Source of the DNA: an uncultured Planctomycetales bacterium
GTDB taxonomy: Bacteria; Omnitrophota; Gorgyraeia; Zapsychrales; CAYJUK01
DNA length: 61,246 nucleotides
Assembly: GCA_964373335.1 (NCBI GenBank)
Contig: CAYJUK010000001.1
Location: forward strand, 719-61,964
Direction: 5' to 3'
Below, one piece after another: positions 55,562 through 61,246 of this stretch (the first letter of the stretch is position 1; the number at the start of each line of letters is the position of its first letter). Made by a program: the position numbers and the translations under genes. The notes beneath the pieces are model-generated. The model was not told the origin of the DNA, ran no database searches, and saw only the letters and a list, made by a program, of their open reading frames with translations.

Positions 55562-56629
55562 ATGAATGCGCACCCCAAACTAAGCGTTGTGATGACGACT
55601 TACAATGCCGAGCGGTATATCGAAGAGGCAGTTCAAAGTATACTCAATCAGAGTTTTTCTGATTTTGAATTTATTATCGTTGATAATGACAGCCAGGATG
55701 AGACTTCGCTTAGGATGTTATCTTTTCATGACCCCCGGATTATTTTTATTCAGAATAATCGAAACATGGGGCAGACCAAAGCCCTTAATATCGGCATCGG
55801 TAAAAGCCAGACACGGTATATCGCGAGAATGGATGCTGATGATGTGGCGGAACCCGAACGTCTAGCGATTCAATATGAATTTCTGGAAAATCATCCTGAT
55901 ATAGCTTTGGTGGGGACTGCGTGGCAGTATATCGATCAAAACGGTAAATCCCTCCGCCGTGTTAAAGTTCCTACGGATCCTTTAACCATTCGATGTTATC
56001 TTTTAGCCTCTGGGGATTTGACTTCATGGTGTGTTGGGCATCCAACAGTTATGATGCGTAAATCAGCATTGGAAGAAGTGGGATTATACAATGAGCAAGA
56101 AAGTTTTGATGGTTATCCGCAGGATTACGCCTTATGGAGGGTGCTCTCGGCGAAATACAGCTTTGCTAATGTTGATCGGCCGCTTTTAAAATATCGTATA
56201 TTAAAAAATTCTGAATCAAGGAAATTTTTTGATAAATCATGCGAGTATCGCTATAACATTACACTTAAATATATTACCTCTTGCTTGACCAATTTCAATG
56301 AATACGAGAGAATTTCTCTCGCCAATATGCTGGAATACCGATCACAAGGATCAAAAAAGGATGGGGAAAATATTTTTGAAATTTTTGACCGCTATTTTGA
56401 TGTATCTGCAGGAAAATTCGGCGCCTTGGATAAAACGAAAAATTTTCGAAATCAAATGAAACTCTATTATCTTCCAAAATTATTTTTAACCAACAAGTGT
56501 CTATCACTAAAAGAGTTCATCGGGTTGGTTGTCCACTATCCAGTTTATCTTTTTGATATCAAATTCTATCGGAAGGTCATTAAAGTCATGCTGCAAAGTT
56601 TACTATTACAGCGTTTCAAAAATTCATGA
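55562..56629 (+). CDS. family 2 glycosyltransferase
   Basis: LSVVMTTYNAERYIEEAVQSILNQS, IIVDNDSQD, ARMDADD. Confidence 0.86.
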   Translation: MNAHPKLSVVMTTYNAERYIEEAVQSILNQSFSDFEFIIVDNDSQDETSLRMLSFHDPRIIFIQNNRNMGQTKALNIGIGKSQTRYIARMDADDVAEPERLAIQYEFLENHPDIALVGTAWQYIDQNGKSLRRVKVPTDPLTIRCYLLASGDLTSWCVGHPTVMMRKSALEEVGLYNEQESFDGYPQDYALWRVLSAKYSFANVDRPLLKYRILKNSESRKFFDKSCEYRYNITLKYITSCLTNFNEYERISLANMLEYRSQGSKKDGENIFEIFDRYFDVSAGKFGALDKTKNFRNQMKLYYLPKLFLTNKCLSLKEFIGLVVHYPVYLFDIKFYRKVIKVMLQSLLLQRFKNS

Positions 56630-56828
56630 ACAGGTTCTATCTTAAACGGCAAGAGGTTTGCCTGTCGGTTACAAAAAACAGATGCAAATTTTGTTAATAT
56701 GGTTATAATGCCAACTGAAAGTCTAGCCCTCCGTGATTTTAGTTTTTGGACACATCTATTATCCACGTGAGGGCTACTTTATTAATATTTTATTCAAAAT
56801 GAATTTCTAAAGTCGATTTGAACCTTTA

Positions 56829-56952
56829 CCACTTATTAATTGTGATTTCGTAATAGGAAATGCTTGTTTAACCCCACATTTTGCCTCGCAAGATTGGGGT
56901 TTAATGAAAACTTCGCTGTTTTATAAAAAAAATTTCATTAAGAACATGTATA
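56829..56952 (-). repeat. right (inverted) copy of the long repeat seen at 35334-35493
   Basis: The reverse complement shares identical runs with the left copy: gcgaagttttcattaaaccccaat (24 nt), caaaatgtggggttaaac (18 nt), aagcatttcct (11 nt) and tgttcttaatgaaa (14 nt). It lacks hairpin 3, and the left arm of hairpin 1 is degenerate. Confidence 0.85.
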
Positions 56953-56965
56953 TATTAAAGAATGC

Positions 56966-58780
56966 GTGTTAAATGTGAATAGACAATTAGTTTCCGATTT
57001 AATCCGTGGACTAGGATTTTGTCTCCTGGTGATCCTGGGATTTTGCTATTCGATATTTGAGAGGGGGTTTGCCGAGTTACATATCCAGTTATCGTTCCTT
57101 GACTTTCCTATTTTTGTTGGGGAAATCTTTTTAGGAATTTGTCTCTTATTATTAATCTTTTTTTTTATTACCCAACCTAAAATAATTCACAAATGGCATT
57201 CCATTATTGTCATTTATCTGGCCTGGCTTCTCGGGAAGTCGTTTTTAGGTTATTTTGTGGATGGACCATTTGCCTTTCGCACCGCAGCCCTTTTTTATTA
57301 TCCACTGTTCTCTGTTATCGGATACTATTCTTATGATCGAAGATTCTTTACCACAAGATCAGTTGCGGTGATGCTGGTCATCTTAATTGGAGTTATCTTA
57401 ATAATGAAACCCATTGTTGTCCTCAGTTACTACCATTTTGTGTATCTGATCCTCCCATTTGTTCTGCTGCTTTCTTTGAGATCTTTAGGGCTGAAAATCA
57501 TCCTTTCTCTTCTTATTCTTTTATTATTTCCCTGGGATTTGTATCTCGGTGGAGCGAGGACCAGATTCATAGGCTTTATTATTTCTGGTATTTTTATCGC
57601 TGCTTACATTAGTTTCTCTTTCCTCAGAATAAAAAAAGCTTCCAGCCATTTTTTATTTCTAGGGATGGTCGGATTTCTATTTTTATTTCTTATGAGCCAA
57701 GCCTCATCCAATAAGATCAAATCTTTATATAAGATAAACAAATTATCCCAGATTTATCAGAAACAACAGAGGTTCATTGATGAAAAAGAAAAAGATTTTA
57801 TTTTTCGAGAAATTCCTGTCAAGCTTTACCGGAAGGAATCTGACAAGATCACCAAGGAAGAGTTTGAAGATTATGTTAAGAGAACCACTCTGAGGTCACT
57901 GAATTATCCCGATGATTATGTGGTGGGGCTTAAATCCATTAAGGAAGAACAGAAAAGTGAGACTGAAAAAGAATTAGAAAATATTATTCGAGACCTATTT
58001 TTATTAGTTAAGGATAAATTATCAGAAGCTGTTAGTAACCAGGATGATTTAAAGAAAGAAAGTGGTTTAACTCCGACACAGATTCGTTATAAGATTGAGA
58101 AAGATTTTGAGCCAGAAATTCAATTAGTCATTGAAGATGTGGGGAAAAGGCTGGATCAATTGGTAGAGTCAGAACAATCTTTATCACAAGAGATGCCACC
58201 ATCAACGGAGACACCACCTTCACCGGAGAATGACCCGGAATCTATAGATAAAGAGCATATTAAAAAGCAAGTTGAAATTAAACTGAGAAGTTATATGGAA
58301 TTATATTTAAATCGAGATGTGACCTGGAATAAACCTTGGCCGGTAGAAGTGGATTATGGGAATATTCTTTTTCGTTTATTTATGTGGAAAGATTTGATTG
58401 ATGAATTAATCAAGACTCAATCCTGGATGGGAATAAGCTTTGGCAAACCATTTCGATCAAAGAGTATCGAAATCCTGAGTATTGCCCAGGGGGAGTGGGC
58501 GAGTGTGGGATGGGTTGATATTCACAATTCTTTTTTGAATACCATATACCGTTCTGGAATTGTTGGTCTCATCCTTCTCGTTTTATTATTTGGGAAGATA
58601 TTCTTAATCATAAGAAAATTTATCACCGCAAGGTCATTAAAGGGGATTTTATTGTGTAGTATCCTGATTGATTTCTTGGTTTATGCCTGTTTTTTAAGTA
58701 CCTTAGAAATGCCTTATACATCAATTACATTTTGGAGTTTATTAGGGATGACCCTGGCTTATCAGAAGCAACTCGCATGA
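56966..58780 (+). CDS. O-antigen ligase/polymerase-like (Wzy_C-type) polytopic membrane protein with a long hydrophilic insert
   Basis: About 8 N-terminal TM helices, a ~230-aa charged, Pro-rich segment, then WVDIHNSFLNTIYRSGIVGL (HNxxLxxxxxxGxxG-like) and C-terminal TM helices. GTG start. Confidence 0.72.
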   Translation: MLNVNRQLVSDLIRGLGFCLLVILGFCYSIFERGFAELHIQLSFLDFPIFVGEIFLGICLLLLIFFFITQPKIIHKWHSIIVIYLAWLLGKSFLGYFVDGPFAFRTAALFYYPLFSVIGYYSYDRRFFTTRSVAVMLVILIGVILIMKPIVVLSYYHFVYLILPFVLLLSLRSLGLKIILSLLILLLFPWDLYLGGARTRFIGFIISGIFIAAYISFSFLRIKKASSHFLFLGMVGFLFLFLMSQASSNKIKSLYKINKLSQIYQKQQRFIDEKEKDFIFREIPVKLYRKESDKITKEEFEDYVKRTTLRSLNYPDDYVVGLKSIKEEQKSETEKELENIIRDLFLLVKDKLSEAVSNQDDLKKESGLTPTQIRYKIEKDFEPEIQLVIEDVGKRLDQLVESEQSLSQEMPPSTETPPSPENDPESIDKEHIKKQVEIKLRSYMELYLNRDVTWNKPWPVEVDYGNILFRLFMWKDLIDELIKTQSWMGISFGKPFRSKSIEILSIAQGEWASVGWVDIHNSFLNTIYRSGIVGLILLVLLFGKIFLIIRKFITARSLKGILLCSILIDFLVYACFLSTLEMPYTSITFWSLLGMTLAYQKQLA

Positions 58781-59958
58781 AGATATCGAAAAATAAAAAG
58801 GGTATCTTGTTTATTGTCCCAACTCCGCCGCCTTATGCCGGGCCAGAAATATTATATCAGGCCATTTTAAAGTCTCCTTTAACAGAAGAATTTGAGATTT
58901 TCCATTTGCGCTGTAATATCCACCGGACCAATGCGCAAAGGGGTACCATCACGGTATTCTCTGTCCTAAAATATTTAGGACTTTTGGGACAGATGTTTTT
59001 GATCTTAACTATTCGTCGTCCCTATTGTGTTTATACGATCCTCAATCAAAATTTTAGCGGATTTATGCGGGATTCCCTATTAGTGATCATATCTAAAATT
59101 TTTAGAAGAAAGGTCATTCTGCATTTCCATGGTTCCAATTTTGAGTATTTCTATAAAACCCGGGGGACTCTTTTTAAAAAATATATTCTTTTTATCTTAA
59201 ATTTATCCGATAAGGTTATCTTGCAGGCGCAAAGGGTCAAAGAAAGGTTTAAGAAGTTTGTCCCTGAAAAGAAGTTATGTCTTATTTATAATGCGGTTCC
59301 CGAACATTTTATTGGCGCCCAACGTGGGCCAAAAGGGCAAGGAGAAAAAAGGGGGATTCATGTTTTGTTCTTAAACCATCTCTCTGTGGCCAAGGGGTTC
59401 TTGGATTTATTGGAAGCAGCCAAACGAATATTAGGTGAAAGAGAGGATATTCATTTTATTATCGCAGGGGACATCATTAATAAAGAGAAGAATATCCTAT
59501 TTTCGGAGAATGGGCAACAGATCATTTTCAAGGATATTCCTGACGCTATTGAGACGTTACGGCAAAATAAAAATTCCAATGGGAACATTCGTTTCTTAGG
59601 TGAGGTGTCGGAAATCAATGAAAAATTGAGGCTTTTCCGTTCTGCTGATATTTTTGTCCTCCCTTCGTATTCGGAAGGGTGTCCCATGTCCGTTTTAGAG
59701 GCCATGGCGGTGGGATTACCCCTGGTTGTGACCCCGGTGGGGGCCTTGGTTGATATTATCAAAGAAAGAGAGAATGGGGTTTTTGTTGCCATCGGACAAC
59801 CGGAAGATCTTAAAAATAAAATTGTTGCTTTAGCGGATAACCCTTCTTTGTGCAGGACAATAGGGCATAATAATCAATTATTAGTTCAATCTAGATTTAA
59901 TATTTCAATTTTATCTCAACAGTTATCTTCCGTTTTCAATGAATTAGCATTAAATTAA
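58777..59958 (+). CDS. family 4 glycosyltransferase (GT-B)
   Basis: The ATG at 58777 forms an ATGA overlap with the upstream stop; the track start at 58732 is inside the upstream gene. EX7E motif in SYSEGCPMSVLEAMAVGLPLV. Confidence 0.86.
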   Translation: MKISKNKKGILFIVPTPPPYAGPEILYQAILKSPLTEEFEIFHLRCNIHRTNAQRGTITVFSVLKYLGLLGQMFLILTIRRPYCVYTILNQNFSGFMRDSLLVIISKIFRRKVILHFHGSNFEYFYKTRGTLFKKYILFILNLSDKVILQAQRVKERFKKFVPEKKLCLIYNAVPEHFIGAQRGPKGQGEKRGIHVLFLNHLSVAKGFLDLLEAAKRILGEREDIHFIIAGDIINKEKNILFSENGQQIIFKDIPDAIETLRQNKNSNGNIRFLGEVSEINEKLRLFRSADIFVLPSYSEGCPMSVLEAMAVGLPLVVTPVGALVDIIKERENGVFVAIGQPEDLKNKIVALADNPSLCRTIGHNNQLLVQSRFNISILSQQLSSVFNELALN

Positions 59959-59989
59959 ACCCCATATTTTACATTGCAAAATTGGGGTT
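59958..59989. repeat. small palindromic element, copy D (AACCCCAtATTTT-acattgc-AAAATTGGGGTT)
   Basis: Starts at the GT4 stop codon and is flanked on both sides by TTAAAC. Confidence 0.75.
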
Positions 59990-60080
59990 AAACAATCTTT
60001 GTGGTCATTTTGACATAAGGATTGAATACTTAATATGTTATTTCCTTTGGGTATTGGATAGGGTAGAGGAGGTAGGCATT

Positions 60081-60764
60081 ATGGGATCACCCGTAGGACC
60101 AATCGCACAAACAGCCATAGCGATTTCCCTTATTGATCTTATTGTCGGAATAATCTTATCGATTGTCATTGGGTTGGGGATTGTCTGGATTTATCGATGG
60201 ACCCACCGCGGGTTGAATTATGAAAGATCTTTTTTGGTGACATTATTGTTGATCGGTCCCATTATCAGCCTGATTATGATGCTTATTGGCAGTAATTTAG
60301 CATTATCCTTAGGGATGGTGGGCTCTTTATCAATAATCCGTTTCCGAACTGTCATCAAAGACTCACGAGATATGATTTTTTTATTTTGGATGATTGCTGT
60401 TGGGTTAGGGTGCGGAACCAGCAATTGGATTGCTATTATCATTGCCAGCATATTTATAGCCGGTGTGATCTTGATATTGCATTATGTTCAATACGGCCAG
60501 GTGATCCATTCCGATTTTGTGCTTGTGGTGGGAGGCGAGGGACAGGTCGCAATTGATGCGGTGAAACAAACGGTAGCTCAATATTCAGCTATGTATCAGC
60601 TGCGTTCTTATGAGGTCATCAATAACGGTTGGGAGATTGTATTCGAAGTCAGGTGCATGAGAGCAGACATGAAAAATGAACAAGAAATGATTGTGGAATT
60701 GAAAAGGACAAAAGGAGTGAATAAAGTATCCTTACTCATTCCTCAACTTGCTTTGCCGGTCTAA
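60081..60764 (+). CDS. DUF4956-family membrane protein
   Basis: The ATG at 60081 follows GGAGG. LSLGMVGSLSIIRFRTVIKDSRD is the family hallmark as I recall it. Confidence 0.72.
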   Translation: MGSPVGPIAQTAIAISLIDLIVGIILSIVIGLGIVWIYRWTHRGLNYERSFLVTLLLIGPIISLIMMLIGSNLALSLGMVGSLSIIRFRTVIKDSRDMIFLFWMIAVGLGCGTSNWIAIIIASIFIAGVILILHYVQYGQVIHSDFVLVVGGEGQVAIDAVKQTVAQYSAMYQLRSYEVINNGWEIVFEVRCMRADMKNEQEMIVELKRTKGVNKVSLLIPQLALPV

Positions 60765-60779
60765 TCCTTTCCTCGGTGT

Positions 60780-61246
60780 ATGTTAGAGAAATCATATAAA
60801 AGACTTACGATCTTAAATTTTATTATTCTTATTCTATTTTTGATTTTTGTTCTTGGAGGATTTTTAGTAGTTAAAGATCATCCGGTCATAAAAAAAATTA
60901 TCGATACAAAATTAAAGAGTCTCCCTGCCATTGAGTTTCATCGATCTAAATTTTTTCGGGTTTCGCCGGGTTCCGATCTCAAGGAGTCCGGTGATACTCC
61001 CCCTGCTTATGAAATCAAAATCAAATCCCGGGATGTTCGTAAAATTCAGCTCCTTATTCAGGAGATGGCGGAAAAAGGACGTATGACCGATGAAGAGAAA
61101 CGATGGTTCCCCATGACCTTTTTTGCTGAGGGGCAAATCTATAAAGGAAAAATCCGGGTTCGGGGCGATGCCATGGAACATTGGATCAATCCCAAAAAAT
61201 CATGGCGGAGATCAAGACCCGCCCGGACGTGCCGCCCGATCGCAAG
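60780..61246 (+). CDS. CotH-like protein, 3'-truncated by window edge
   Basis: Not in the ORF track because it has no stop. I translated it by hand from the ATG at 60780: MLEKSYKRLTILNFIILILFLIFVLGG.. (signal anchor) ..YKGKIRVRGDAMEHWINPKKSWR, which resembles the CotH N-terminal RxRG..PKKS block. DUF4956 and CotH genes commonly co-occur. Confidence 0.55.
   Translation, partial: MLEKSYKRLTILNFIILILFLIFVLGGFLVVKDHPVIKKIIDTKLKSLPAIEFHRSKFFRVSPGSDLKESGDTPPAYEIKIKSRDVRKIQLLIQEMAEKGRMTDEEKRWFPMTFFAEGQIYKGKIRVRGDAMEHWINPKKSWRRSRPARTCRPIA

Noticed and set aside
35334-56952. Composite transposon or insertion sequence bounded by the inverted repeats.
   Set aside because: No transposase, integrase or recombinase ORF lies in or next to the block, and the interior is 19 biosynthetic genes. 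I report it as an inverted-repeat bracket rather than calling it a mobile element.
2520-60080. N-terminal extensions given by the ORF track (starts at 2520, 8463, 13928, 23677, 24662, 28067, 50930, 58732, 59982).
   Set aside because: The extensions overlap the preceding gene or begin at TTG/GTG. Downstream ATG codons give ATGA overlaps or sit behind purine-rich RBS-like sequence, and they match the usual N-termini of the families.
404-61181. All minus-strand ORFs in the track (for example 4290..4823, 20334..20648, 25448..25861, 35711..36049, 41320..41655, 49984..50487, 59451..59792, 60912..61181).
   Set aside because: Each lies wholly inside a + strand gene with clear family motifs. Their translations are low-complexity or motif-free, and none has its own intergenic space. 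I treat them as antisense shadow ORFs.
61203-61246. Abrupt GC-rich tail at the 3' edge (ggcggagatcaagacccgcccggacgtgccgcccgatcgcaag). A different frame reads AEIKTRPDVPPDRK, hinting at a frameshift or a chimeric join in the CotH-like ORF.
   Set aside because: It is only about 45 nt at the window edge. That is too short to tell natural sequence from an assembly artefact, and the annotated frame stays open.
1-61246. Defence systems, toxin-antitoxin pairs, prophage genes, tRNA or rRNA genes.
   Set aside because: No characteristic nuclease, ATPase, methylase, phage structural or integrase motifs appear in any long ORF. No tRNA-like T-loop or acceptor pattern was noticed in the intergenic gaps.

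Overview
AT-rich bacterial sequence; the taxon cannot be assigned from this window. It is one continuous surface-glycan biosynthesis super-locus in which every gene lies on the + strand. I support 53 protein-coding genes, with the first and last cut by the window edges. I found no rRNA, tRNA, CRISPR array, transposase, integrase or recognisable defence gene. Modules, reading 5'->3': (1) 1-11.3 kb is a legionaminic-acid-type nonulosonic acid (NulO) module in Campylobacter leg/ptm gene order. It runs SDR, DegT aminotransferase, NeuD-like acetyltransferase, NeuB-type synthase, NeuC-type hydrolysing 2-epimerase, CBS-nucleotidyltransferase, Gfo/Idh/MocA oxidoreductase, CMP-NulO synthetase and SDR. 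The HisF-like/HisH-like/PP-loop amidotransferase triad that makes acetamidino groups follows it. (2) 11.6-23.6 kb is a phosphonate module: PEP mutase fused to a nucleotidyltransferase, phosphonopyruvate decarboxylase, AEP transaminase and a second nucleotidyltransferase. It also holds two cobalamin-type radical SAM enzymes, a SAM methyltransferase, a CDP-alcohol-phosphotransferase-like membrane protein and a large unknown protein. (3) 23.7-30.6 kb is a pseudaminic acid module (PseB, PseC, SGNH protein, PseF-like, PseG-PseH fusion, PseI). (4) 30.6-35.3 kb holds two large uncharacterised GT-B-like proteins and a third CMP-NulO-synthetase-like gene. (5) 35.5-56.6 kb is a 21-kb block bracketed by inverted copies of a ~125-160 nt hairpin-rich repeat. 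Its first part holds a 2-hydroxyacid dehydrogenase, two HAD phosphatases, an SDR, an FNR-like reductase plus a 2x[4Fe-4S] protein, an HpcH-type aldolase, an HMGL-like aldolase fused to a DUF115/Maf-like domain, a KdsB-family cytidylyltransferase, a fourth large GT-B-like protein and a third cobalamin radical SAM. Its second part holds a CE4 deacetylase, a GNAT-like protein, a methyltransferase, a fused E1 alpha/beta 2-oxoacid dehydrogenase, a lipoyl E2, an ACP, an RmlD-like reductase and a GT2. (6) 57-61.2 kb holds a Wzy/O-antigen-ligase-like membrane protein with a long hydrophilic insert, a GT4, a DUF4956 protein and a truncated CotH-like gene. The best candidates for undescribed biology are these: the radical-SAM-tailored, CMP-activated phosphonate module; the aldolase-based module with cytidylyltransferases but no NeuB/KdsA synthase; the E1-E2-ACP acyl-donor set next to a deacetylase; the four-member family of 600-700 aa putative CMP-donor transferases; and the inverted-repeat bracket with its small palindromic element family. 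All functional calls rest on motifs and domain order read by eye from the supplied translations. No database search, HMM or folding calculation was run.
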